Of a stretch of DNA of 64,000 bases, positions 28,007-39,900 are shown piece by piece. Source of the DNA: Candidatus Aenigmatarchaeota archaeon. GTDB taxonomy: Archaea; Aenigmatarchaeota; Aenigmatarchaeia; QMZP01; QMZT01. The stretch covers positions 704,001 through 768,000 of the forward strand of contig CAVSBQ010000002.1 of assembly GCA_963726265.1 (NCBI GenBank). Reading direction: 5' to 3'. The first letter of the stretch is position 1, and each line of letters starts with the position of its first letter. The notes under the pieces were generated by a model. That model was not told the DNA's origin, did not search any database, and was given only the letters and a program-made list of their open reading frames with translations. Made by a program: the position numbers and the translations under genes.

Positions 28007-31000
28007 ATGGTTAAAAAGGCACTTCTAGCCCTGCTTATGCTTATCGTTTTTCTGGCGTTCCTGCAGCAGTATGCCTTTGCCGCATCCCCCAGTGTGACGC
28101 TCGTCTCGCCAGGCGATGGCAACGTTTCATCCGCAAGCAACATGACATTCGTTTGCAACGCCAGCGACGACGGCAACGTCTACAACGTCTCCCTTTTCAC
28201 CGACATAAACGGTTCCTTCGCCGTTTACAACACCAAAAAAATAATGGAAACCGAAAGCGATGCCAGCACGACGCTGCTTTGCCGCTTCGACGGCACTTAC
28301 ACATGCGATGGCGGAGAAAGCGGAACGGCGTCAGAGACGGATTTCGCCACCACCAAATTCATGCAGGGCGTCAGAATCAACGAAACCGACACGCTCACTT
28401 ACCCGACAGCCGGCAACCTCAACTATGACAAGGGCTCGCTGGAATTCTGGATAATGCCGGATACCAGCGGAGATAATCTTTACCTTTTTTCCACTGACTC
28501 GTATGGCGGCATCGGGAATCGCATCAAACTTTATACGGAAAGCGGGTCGCTCAAATTCGAATTTATCGACAATGCCAATCCCGAAAACATTTTATCCGCG
28601 GAATATCCAATTGCCTGGGGCTCAGAATGGCATCATGTAGTTTTATTGTGGGATCTTTACAATAACGCAGGCACTTGCGAAACTGATCTTTTCGTGGATG
28701 GTTCAAATAGTTCCACTTCTTGTATAGGAAGTTATACTGAACATGGCTCGTCATTCGGAACCAATATGTATTTGGGCAGCAACAAGGCAGGCGGTTCTCA
28801 GCAGACGGGCGTCTACGACGAGTTCATCGCCTTCAACCGCGTTCTGAGCGCGGATGAGATTTACTCCTCTTACATAAAAGGCGCCGCGGATCATTACAAC
28901 GAATCCGTAAACTGGACCATCAGCAACATATCAGACGGAGCCCACAAGTGGGCATGCCTGGCGTCACGACAACGCAACGGAAAGCGCATGGTCTTCCAAC
29001 CGCACCTTTTACGTCGACGCCGTCAGTCCGCCGGTAGTAAACAGCATAACGCTTTCGCCATCGCAAGGATGACATAAAGACCCCGGAGTCATGAAATCAA
29101 TGTCACTGCTAACATGACGGACACAGCAATGTGAGCCATGGCGTTTTCCAGTTAGAGAGCGCACTGGACCAGACTTTGGATGAACATAATAGGATGACAA
29201 GATAACAGGCTTACGGAATGGGAGGTATCCATCAACATAAACATTGAAGGTGAGGAGTTTACGATTACATGATATGGTCCAACGATACACTCTTGGTCAC
29301 GGCGGCAATTCATCTATTTATAACGTTACTGTGGCAGTTGGATTTTACATGGATTATCAATGCACATCCCAGATTTGGGCAACAGTCGGAAATATTAAAT
29401 GCAACAGGATTGCTAAGTCGGGAATATTGGTTGTAAATAACACGGGAGACAAAATGCTTTTTTTCATTTAGTTGATGACTGGAACAATATCGGAAGTTGT
29501 GGCGTGGGCACTGACTGACGAAATTTATTATAATGGAAGTACAAGTTATCAATTTTCACTTTCGAACAAAAGCACAATAGAAATAAACATTACTGGTTTG
29601 TTCGAATATCGTGACAGCGAAAAGAATTTTACAATAAACATATCCGCCGAACCATACGAACCAGAAAAAACGGCAACGCCACCGAGACGGATGACAATAA
29701 ACGTTACCATGAATTCGTATACAGGTGGTCCCTACTTCATATTTTTACATCATTTCTCCTTATGACTTCCGTCAATCAAAGCCAGACCTTCAATCTGACA
29801 GGCGTGATAAAAAACATAGGAAATGAAACTGCCAACAACACGATTCTATGAGTGGAATTTGCCGAACGGCTGGGGCATAGTCTCAGGCAACTATAGCGTT
29901 AATTTAGGGAACATAAACGTCCGGTGACAACATCCTTTAATAACATGACCATTACTATTAATCCCGCTACGGTTGCGCCTGGAACATATGCCATATGCGC
30001 CAATGCGACATGCAACCAGAGTATTAACGGGTCTGCATCAGTTTCGATAGGCGTTTTGTGCAGCAATGACGACGGCGTTTGCGGCAACGGCTGTTCATAT
30101 GTAACGGACGACGACTGCTCGCTTCCCGGCGGCGGCACGAGCGGAGGCACGACTCTGACCTCAATTGCCGGCGTCGGGAGGGAATACAAAATCGGGCTTG
30201 CTTTACCTTCGAGGCTTGACGTCAACAGAGGCGAAAGTCAGGCCATCAGAATCGGAGTCACCAACAACATTTCGGGCGCAAAGCTCACCGGCGTCCGCCT
30301 GTCGCTTTCCGGCTATCCCCAGACCTTCATCAGTTTCTCACCTTCGCGCATCGATGAAATAGCGCACAAGGAAACCAGGTATTTCGACGTCGAGATAAGG
30401 GCGCCAGTTTACGCCGTTTACGGCGAATATTACCTGAATGTCAGCGTGAAAGGCGAGTTCACCGAAGGCAGCGACAAAAGGAGCGCTGAAAACAGCGTAA
30501 AAGTCATGCTGGTCACCCACAAGTTCATAGGCAACGAAACCGCGGGCTACCTTGAAAAGGCGGAAGCGGCCATGAACGAGATGGCGGAAGCCGGCTTCGA
30601 CACCAAAGAAATAGGCGCGCTGGTCGATGAAATCGGGAAGGCGCTGGACGATGGCAATTATGACAGGGCGAAGGAGCTGTCCGAAGAGGCGACGGGCATC
30701 AGGGATTCCGCCTTCAAGCTTAGCGGGCAGATAAGCATGACAGAGAAAAACCTGGAAGGCATGAAAAGCCAGGGCATCAGCCTCGCCGAGAGCGAAAAGA
30801 TGCTTTTCCTGGCGAAAGCGGCTTTCCAGCGCGGCGATTACAGGATGGCGGAGGGAAGGATAAGCGGGGCCATGCTTGTATATGCAGTCGAAACCGGGAA
30901 TTCGGCAATCCTCATATTCGTGAACAAATACTGGTGGTTCCTGGCCGCGGCCTCGTTAATCTGCGCATCGGTGATTGTTTTCGGCAGGAGAAAAATACAG

Positions 31001-31405
31001 CGCCTGTCCCTCACCAAGGATCTGTACTATCTCGCCGGAGATGAGAAAAAGACATACGAGCTCATGGAAGCCCTGCAGAAGGAGCATTTCATCGAGAGAA
31101 AGATGGGTACAGAAAGCTACCTGCGAGATGTTGAAAATTACGAAAGGATACTCGCCGGCATAAGGAAGAGAAGGACGGAGATCCTTTCAAAAAGCGTCAG
31201 GATGCTCAAGGCCAAAGATGCGCTGAAAAGGCTGAAGGCCGAGGAAGAGCGCGCCATCTGCATGATAACTGAGGCGCAGGAGAGCTATTTCAGGCACGGC
31301 AAAATAGGCAAGACGCGGTATGAAAAAACGGTCGGCGACCTCAGGGCAGAAATGGTAGAGATAGAAAGGCTTGCTGAAATCACAAGGAGCGACAAACATG
31401 CTTAG
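28007..31405 (+). CDS. LamG/ConA-like secreted protein with C-terminal TM and coiled coil; apparently one gene broken by frameshifts in ~28950-29930
   Basis: Signal peptide, LamG motifs (GSLEFWI, WHHVVLLW, DEFIAFNRVLSADEI), fragments 29472..29765 and 29924..31405 (Ig-like domain, helical bundle, TM, cytoplasmic helices). Confidence 0.65.
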
Positions 31406-32177
31406 AAGGCTTTTATTACTGGGCTTGATTATCCTCCTTTTGTCAGCCGCGCCTGCAAGCAGCGAAGTGACCAGGGACTCTGCCCTGCTGGCGATAAGCG
31501 AAGCAGATAGCGTGATTGGACAGATGCAGGAGGACGGTTTTAGCGTAACCTACGCCAATGACACGCTGAACGAAGCAAGGCTGCTGCTGGAGCAAAAATA
31601 TTATGAGGCATCGGAGGCGCTCGCCAGAAAAGTCCTCGATATACGGGATAGCGCGCTCAGGGTCAGCGGCCTCATGGATACGGTGGAGGCGAGGCTATAC
31701 GAGCTGACTGCGAAGGGCTATGAAGTTTCTGATGCAAAGGCCCTGTTCGCATCAGGCCTTTCTGAGTTCAAGCTGGGCAATTTCGATGATGCCGAAAAAA
31801 TACTGGACAATGCGGTCAGCAGGCTCGACGAGATAGAGAGCGAGGAAGCGCTGAAGAGGGCGGGTGCGGCAGGAGGCGTTGATGTCGTAGCTTTGCTACT
31901 CGATTACCTGTGGCTTATTGTAATCGTCTTCCTGGCCGCGTTCATAACAGGGATGAAGCTCAGGAGCGCGTCCGCCGCGAGAAAACGCAAAAGCAGGATA
32001 ACGTTCCTGGAAAGGGAGAAGGCGGCGACGGAGAACAAATTGAAGGAGGCGCAGAAAAAATATTTCGAGAAGGGCGCAATCTCCAAAATGGAATACGACA
32101 TCACGCTGGACAGGCACAGCAGGAAGCTCGCCGAAATAAAAAAGGAGCTGTCTATACTGAAGGCGAAGGCTCGCTGA
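31398..32177 (+). CDS. Membrane protein: signal peptide, helical ectodomain, TM, cytoplasmic coiled coil
   Basis: From ATG 31398 (MLRRLLLLGL). Its C-terminal AQKKYFEKGAISKMEY resembles motifs in the upstream gene. Confidence 0.8.
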   Translation: MLRRLLLLGLIILLLSAAPASSEVTRDSALLAISEADSVIGQMQEDGFSVTYANDTLNEARLLLEQKYYEASEALARKVLDIRDSALRVSGLMDTVEARLYELTAKGYEVSDAKALFASGLSEFKLGNFDDAEKILDNAVSRLDEIESEEALKRAGAAGGVDVVALLLDYLWLIVIVFLAAFITGMKLRSASAARKRKSRITFLEREKAATENKLKEAQKKYFEKGAISKMEYDITLDRHSRKLAEIKKELSILKAKAR

Positions 32178-32625
32178 CCTTGTTCAGCTCGTAGAATTTC
32201 TGCCTGGATATGACTACACCTTTCGTCACGCCGTCCTTTTCCAGCTCCGTCAGGTATTCGCTGCATCTCGTTCTCGACAGATTCAGCTTGACGCTGAGGT
32301 CGGACGCTGTCAGCCGCTTGTGCTTGCTGAGCGTCTCTATCACAATCCTTTTCATCTTCAGTTTCCTTATACTGTCGGATTTCGACCGACTCAACGGGAC
32401 TAGCGATGACTTCAGGTCATCGACGTTTTTTTCAAGATTTCTTGTGAACTTGCAAATATCGTCAAGACGTTCAGTGATGCCCGAGTTCTTCAGCTCTTCG
32501 GCAATCATCTCCCTTATTTTTCCCTTCAGGTATTTTTCGCGCTCCTCTTGAGCGATTTTTGATATGTCTGAGATGTAATTTTTCTTCCCCTTCCCGACCT
32601 TCCTGTCCTGCAGAAACCCGAACAT
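32152..32625 (-). CDS. Coiled-coil plus winged-HTH transcriptional regulator
   Basis: C-terminal LTASDLSVKLNLSRTRCSEYLTELEKDGV...RQKFYEL. Confidence 0.85.
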   Translation of the reverse strand: MFGFLQDRKVGKGKKNYISDISKIAQEEREKYLKGKIREMIAEELKNSGITERLDDICKFTRNLEKNVDDLKSSLVPLSRSKSDSIRKLKMKRIVIETLSKHKRLTASDLSVKLNLSRTRCSEYLTELEKDGVTKGVVISRQKFYELNKVSEPSPSV

Positions 32626-32633
32626 GCTATTGT

Positions 32634-32738
32634 ATTGTCGATCGACAATTTAAACCTTAGTATAACTGTTAATTTTTTATCCTATATATAATCCGACAGT
32701 TACGTATACTATTAGTGTTGTACACTAATGGCCATTAG
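32634..32738. promoter_or_regulatory. Divergent promoter region with three inverted repeats (candidate operators)
   Basis: ATTGTCGATCGACAAT (32634-32649), ATTAGTGT-TGT-ACACTAAT (32711-32729), CTAATGGCCATTAG (32725-32738), plus AT-rich TATA-like tracts. Confidence 0.6.
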
Positions 32739-32770
32739 CGTATGACTAACTTGGGTTGGGTTCAGTTTCT

Positions 32771-33970
32771 ATGAACGGCGCGCCTCCGCGGGAACAGATA
32801 ATAGAGCTCCTTAAGAAGCATCCGGAAGGCCTGACTATCACGACTATTTCTGAGTTGACCAGGCTCCACAGGCACACGGTGACCAAATACGTCTACGAGC
32901 TGAGGGGCGCGGACATCATCCACGAGAGGGAGATAGGCCCCGCGAAGCTGTGCTACATGAAGGACGGCCTCACCAAAAAACAGGAAAAGCAGACCATGAG
33001 CAGGCTCAACAACCACAACATGAAATCGAGCCTGGGCAGCGTGGGCCAGATACAACTTGTCGCCGTGTTCATGTTCCTTGTGCTGGCGCCGGCGGCAGTA
33101 ATAACCGCCTACAACCTTACGAACACGAGCGAAAACACGTCTTTCTCCATGGAGGGATACATCACAGCGAACAACGAGGTCACGTCAGACGTTAGCGACG
33201 GTATGCTGAATGAATTCTGGATGAACATCACCAACGGGACCTTTGGGGAGAATGCAACCAACGAAACCCTGCCTCCGGGGGAAGGAAGCCCGCTCCCGCC
33301 GCAGGACGCAGCAGAGCAGACGAATGAAACAGGCGGAAACGCAACTGTCGATGTCGACGAAACGTTAAACGCAACAAATATCACGCAGCCTGAGAATGAG
33401 GCGAATGAAACCCTTAATATAACCGAGCCATTGAACGAAACCAATGTCACAGTTTCCAATTCGACAATAATAATTTCGGACCTCACCAGCCCGTTCGAAG
33501 TTAACGTCACCGAGGAGTTCAGCATCAAAGCCGTGATAATGTCCCTTTACGGAAGATCGGAAAACATAAGGGTGAATTTATCCGCGCCCGCATCTTTTGA
33601 GGTCGCCAATCAAAATCAGACAATACCATTTTTAGACGAGAACACATCCGCGGAGTTCGCATGGAACGCCACCGCGAGTGAATGCGGCAATTACACGCTT
33701 GGCGTGCTCGCCGAAAGCGACACTTCTTCCGCTTATAAAAATGTTGACGTGTTTGTCGTGTGCCCCGTGGAAAACGTCACGCTGGAAACAGAGACAATCC
33801 AGGGCGACGCCGAAGTGGGCAAGCCTGTCGTATGGAAGAAGATAATCACGGTCAGGAACCCCAACAGGATAAAAGTAGACAACGTCCAGCTCGAGACGGA
33901 AATCCCGGCGAAGGCCTTCAACGCGGAGCTGAAAAAACTAAGACATGTTTTCGGGAATACCGTGACTTGA
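32771..33970 (+). CDS. Giant protein segment 1: winged HTH, TM helix, Asn/Thr/Glu-rich linker, Ig-like (CARDB-like) domain
   Basis: IIELLKKHPEGLTITTISELTRLHRHTVTKYVYEL...REIGPAKLCY, then IQLVAVFMFLVLAPAAVITA. Confidence 0.8.
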   Translation: MNGAPPREQIIELLKKHPEGLTITTISELTRLHRHTVTKYVYELRGADIIHEREIGPAKLCYMKDGLTKKQEKQTMSRLNNHNMKSSLGSVGQIQLVAVFMFLVLAPAAVITAYNLTNTSENTSFSMEGYITANNEVTSDVSDGMLNEFWMNITNGTFGENATNETLPPGEGSPLPPQDAAEQTNETGGNATVDVDETLNATNITQPENEANETLNITEPLNETNVTVSNSTIIISDLTSPFEVNVTEEFSIKAVIMSLYGRSENIRVNLSAPASFEVANQNQTIPFLDENTSAEFAWNATASECGNYTLGVLAESDTSSAYKNVDVFVVCPVENVTLETETIQGDAEVGKPVVWKKIITVRNPNRIKVDNVQLETEIPAKAFNAELKKLRHVFGNTVT

Positions 33971-36900
33971 CATCCCGGAAAGGGAAAGCAGGGTTTTCGC
34001 GGGCTTCACCGAAAGGTTTAACAAAAAAGTAAGCAGATGGAAAGAGGGGACGATGGAGGCGGGCGAGGAGGTCGCCTATGAACTCGGGTATGAAACACCT
34101 GCCCCGCAAAAGGAGGAAATCGAAGAGTACGCGGAAGACGGATGGAAGAAGGAAGTCAGAATAAGCAGCGATTTCGAAGAGGAACATTACAGGAACGTCA
34201 GCGTCACGGTCACGCTGCCCGAGGATATCGATGCTGAGGCCACGATAACCGAGGTCTCGGGCAAAAAAGCATTCGCTGCATGGTGAAGAGCCGAGTTTTC
34301 GAGATGAAGGGTTTCAGGCGGCATGGGCGTTTACTGGAAAGAGCGGGAGCGAAAACAGCCCTTCAGAAGGGATTGACGTGACGCAGGACCCCGTGCATGA
34401 AGTGGAGTTCGCGGATTCTGACGGCGACGGCCAGGCCGACGCCGTTTCATGGAAAGTGCCCCAGCTCTCGGAGCAGACTTACGTGGTGAAGGAGAACGAA
34501 AACAAGATAACTGAAGTTTACGTCGAAGCGCAGAACGGACAGAGAGCCGACATCACGCCCGAGATTATCGAAAAAGCCGACGGCCTTTACGGCATAAAGC
34601 TCGGCGCGAAGAAAAACTTCAGGGCAGGCGCATACAAGCTGGTGATAGTGTCCGGCGACAAGAAAGAGGAGATATGGTTCAACTGGGGTCTGATTTCCAT
34701 AAACACAAGGAGGAGCATCTACCATCCAGGCGAAACCGCGGAGATAATAATGGTCGTCCTTGACAAGTACGGCTATCTTGTCAAGGAGGCGGACGTCACG
34801 CTTGAAATCACCAGCCCGTCCGGAGACAAGACAACCCTGACCACTGCAGCAGGCGAAATCATAGAAAACGGGCCGGGCGTTTACACCGCGGCTTACGATG
34901 TCAAAGAGGAGGGCGAATACGCGCTCTTCGCCAAAAGGAACGACATGGCGAACGTCGAGATAGCGTCCTATTTCGATGCGGCCGCCTTTTACGAGTTCGA
35001 CATAATCCGCAATACACCGGTGACGATTGATCCGACTTCAGGGCCCTTCGAGTCCAACATAACCGTCAAGGCTTACGTTCCGGCTCTCATGTTCACATTC
35101 AAGGAATATCTTCCGAGGGAATTCGAGGTTTTCGACACAGATGCCATAGTCACGGATGAAGGCGAATACAAAGTGCTCACATGGAAAAACGTGACGGACG
35201 GCTCAACCGTCTCGTATGAATTCAACGTCCCGCCCATCTGGCCTTACCTTTACGCCATGGGCCCGGCGAAGGTGATATATAGCGGGCTTTTCGGTGAAAT
35301 GGAATTCACAGAAGCAAGACCATGGATGCTTGCGATCGACCCGACTTATGCATCATATTATCCTTCCGGTTATTCGCTCGTCGGCGACACAGACTACATT
35401 TCCGGCACCATCACTAACCTCAATGCCAACGACGGCAGCTACATGACCTTCCGGCCGTATTACACATTCGATGAAACCACGAACACCAGGGAAGCGATGA
35501 TTACCTACAGGTCCAATACACTGGGAGACAACGACCAGCTGCACTATAAATTGTGGAACGGCAGCATCCAGTCATGGGGAAGCGAGCAGCAGATGAACGA
35601 CGTCGGCGGAACGATAACCGGTAGCAAGGTTGTCTATTGCCCGAGAAGCTCCAGGTACTACGAAAAGATTGCGGTGGCCTACGATGCGCAGGCAAATCCC
35701 GGGTCGCTGGACGCATTCGTATGGAACGGTACCGGATGGACCGATTACGACAACATATTCACGAACATGTCGTTGAATCAAGACGATGCTGTCGCATGGG
35801 ACATAGCCTACGAATCGCTGAGCGGCGATGCCATGTTCATCTACGGCAGGAACTTCACGACATCGTATCTGCCGCGCTCGCAGATTGGCTACAAGACGTG
35901 GAATGGCAGCGCGTGGTCGAGCGAGATGAAGTTCAACCTTTCTACCGATCTCAATGCCTTTTCATGGATAGACATGGTCCCGGACCCTAATTCGGATTAC
36001 ATCGCAGTCGTCATGTTTCAGAACAGCGTCTGGGACAGGTACGCCCTGATATGGAACGGCACGAATTTCATATCCAACACGACCCTGACCACGACCGGCG
36101 GCGCGCAGAACGAGTCCGCCCAGGCGATAGCGTGGGAAGAGACCACAGGCGACGCGATGTTCGTCTGGGGCATTAACACAGCGTCCATCATAAACTATAC
36201 TAAATACTCGAAAACGACCGGCTGGGGTGAGATGCTAACTGCCACCAAGACCGAATGGGGCTCAGACCTCAATTTCATAAAAATGAAAACGCGGCCCGGA
36301 ACAGACTATATGATGCTTGCCGGCGTCTCGGACAACTACGATCTGGATACCATGTACTGGGACGGCACCTCATGGGACACGACGCATCTGGAGCATGACA
36401 GCGGTGTCGGCGACAACTCGGATTCATCCTACAATTTCGATTTTGCCTGGCATCCGGACGGCTCGAACTACGGCGTTCTTGTCTGGTCGAGCAACGTTAC
36501 AAATTCCTTGAACTACAGCGTCTGGGACACTGGAGCTTGGATGCCAAGTAACGCCTCATACAGTGGGGTATCTAGGGCGATGCAATTCATTAAAAATCCG
36601 AGATACACGGAAGGCGATGTGCTCATGCTCGGCTGGGCGGTCAATATAACTTCGTATACCGGAAGGGAGATGAGATACGACGGCGACCTGCAATTCACCG
36701 CAAACGGGACTGTATTTTCCAACAACACCAATTCCTCTGAGTTCGACAGGCATTTCCTCGCTTTCAGCAATTTCGGCGACCCGAACAGCGCGCAGGCGGT
36801 CGTCGAATTCGTCGGGACCGGCGAGAACAAGCCGTGGGACGCGGTCAACGTTTCTGTCGACGCGAGAAGCACGATTGCCGGCAACGTGACGATACAGGTT

Positions 36901-39900
36901 TTCAATTTCCTCACGGGAGCGTATCCTTCATCCGGAAATGGTTATACAACGCAGGCGATATCATCAGGCACGGACACAATGGTAAACAGATACATAAGCA
37001 CCAATGCGAACGACTACAAGAACGATACCTACAACTGGAAGGTGAAAGTCACCTTCACCAACACGACGTATTACGACCCGTTCAATTTCAGCATCGATTA
37101 CATTGTTTTCAACGCGACCATCCCAGACCTCTACCCGACGAACGTTACGGTGCACAACAACGTCACTGCAGTTTATTCAACGCTTTTCGGGACCGGCGAC
37201 CCGCTCGATATAAGAGTGAACATAACCAACTCGAAGCCGGCAACGCCGCTGACAGGCAACCTCACCATCAACATAACCAATTCCACAGGCTACTCATTCA
37301 ACGTCTCCAGGAAGGAGGTGACATGGGCCGCTGCCGGTTCGACGCTGACGAACATGACCAACATCTCCACTGCCGGATGGAACACCGGCAGCTACAATGT
37401 CAACGTAAGCATTTCGTGGTATGACGGGGCGCCATATTCCACTTCGGTCATGTACTATGAGCTTTTTAATCTGACCAACTTGACGGCAAGAATTTATCCC
37501 AGCCCCGGCCTATGCCTTGGAGAAATCGATAATTTTAACGTGACCATTGTGAGCAACTGGACATCCACCATCACGTTCAACATAAGCCGGGTCACACCCT
37601 CCAATTTCACGGTGAGTCCTGTGTCGAAACTGATGAACGCCTCTTTCGAAGCGTCGAACACGACCAATTTCACCGTCACCGTCCCGGCAACCGCAGGAAG
37701 ATACACGATATACTTCAACGTCTCTTACAGAGACCCCAACAATTACAACAAGTCCTTCATCATCAGCAAGGACGTGTACGTGCCGTCGCCGCGCATAACA
37801 GTTTACAGGGAAACGCCGCCGAAAATCGCGAACGCGACCAATTTCAATTCCAGCTTCGTCATCCACAACCTCGAGTGCGGTCCGGCACAGGACGTCTATT
37901 TTGTGGAGCACATCCCAAGCGGATGGTCCGTAATTTCCGCGCCGGGCAATTACAGCATAAATACGAGAAGCGACGGCATCACCGACATAACTTGGTACGT
38001 TCCATATCTCGGCGTGAACGAGTTCCAGATGGTAAACTACACAACCCTTTCGCCTTCGTCCATAACCACGGCGACTTTCGGCAAATGGAACACTTCATAT
38101 CACGACATCGATGGCATAGAATATAATAGCAGCGAGGCATCGACGTATGTCGTGACGAGTGATACCTACGATTACGCCCATTTCTATTTCACGCTGACCA
38201 TGAACGAGACCAACGAAACGAGGGTCCTGCCGACGAACGTGAGCCAATGGTTCATAGTCACGGGCACCAACGTAGGAAGGGCGACTGCGGCGACTGGAGA
38301 ATGGAACTTTACGGTGAAAATACCGACCGGCTGCAACGTGACCAACAACGGGACGGCGACATCATGGGACGCGGGAGGAAGAACGCTGAACTGGACGCTG
38401 AATGAAGACGTGCCTGTCGGCGGCGTAAAGAATTTCACTTTCAAACTCAACTGCACGCAGGACGCGAACGAATACGACCTGCTCCCGACGACGTATTCGA
38501 TACAGACAGGCGAGCTCGAGTATACCGATTCGGTCTCCTATACCGATTACGGAGGCAGCACGACGCGCTCGAACTTCTATCACCCCTTCACACCGGCTCC
38601 GACCGATTCAGCGAGGATAACGAGGTTCGTCTGGTACCTGACGAACGTTGCGCTGGACGCTGGCGAGTATTGCCGTTTCTGGCTGTTCAATGACTCCGGC
38701 ACGGGCAACCTGACGATAAAAGACAACTGGGTCGGCACCGGCGGAACGCAGTACTCCCAAATGGTCGACGAGGACCCGGCCGACTATAACAAGGAGCAGT
38801 TCACCACATTGCCGAACCACGAGCTTCATATACAGATATACGCCCAGGCTAGCTCGGCTACGGCCGAGTACTGCAGGATGACGAGCATAATGTACAGGTG
38901 GAACTGGGGCGGCTACACCACGGAGCAGCAAGGTATGTTCTTCAAGGTCAGGCGCAACACCGAGCCCAAGATATCCGCCTGGAACGTCACACCGGCGCAG
39001 GGCCAGTGGGGTCAGCCCTTCAACTTCACCATAAAGGTTTACGACCAGAGGAATGACACCATAAACGTTTCCCTGTGGTCAAGGCAGGCCGGTACGAGCA
39101 CGTGGAGCATGATAAACTTCACCCAGACAACGAACAGCATCTCGAATCAGTCCATAAATTTCACGCAGCGCTTCTCCTGTGCCGATGCCGACAAGCAATA
39201 CGAATACAAGATTCGCGCAGAGGACCCCTACTATTTCAGGAAGGAAACGCCCGTCGGCTATTACAACGTGACCAGAGACAACGTAATCTTTGACATAATT
39301 TCAGGCCACGGCTCCGGCGCGATCGCCAATCGCAGCTCAGAAAGAACGAATCTCACGCTCCGCCTGAGGATAAGGGACGAGAACGGCTCTTACCTCCAGG
39401 GGCTTAACACCACGCTTTACATATCCCAGCTGGGAACACTTGGCGGCACAATCCTCTGGGACGGCGGCCAGGTCTTCCAGACCAACGCCGCCGGCAACAT
39501 CACATACAATTTCACGGCCGCCGACCACTGCGACAACGAGTCGACGCCATACACCGAAGAAGAATACGAGGTCGGGCCGCACTGGTGGTACGTGAAGATA
39601 AATTCGAACGAAGTCTGCTACAAGCAGACCAACTCGACAGTCGAGGCGGGCGAATACGGCTATTACAATTTCACGACAATAGGCGAGCTGATAAACACGA
39701 TAGTAGCGCCGACAGGCGGAACGATAATACAGCAGGGCAGGGCGAACGTTTCGATAATGACATACATATACAACTTCTGCGAAGAGGCGATGAAAATAAA
39801 CACGACCCATGTCACATTCAATCTTTCCACCGTTGGCGCCAGCTACCTCTGTTCCAGCATCCAGAGGATAGGCGAGAACGTCTACACGTGCACTTGGCAG

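Noticed and set aside
28950..29930. Inserted foreign element or pseudogene in the LamG gene
   Set aside because: Fragments in shifting frames still read as the same Asn/Thr-rich surface protein, with no terminal repeats or transposase. Low-quality sequence is more likely, though true decay cannot be excluded.
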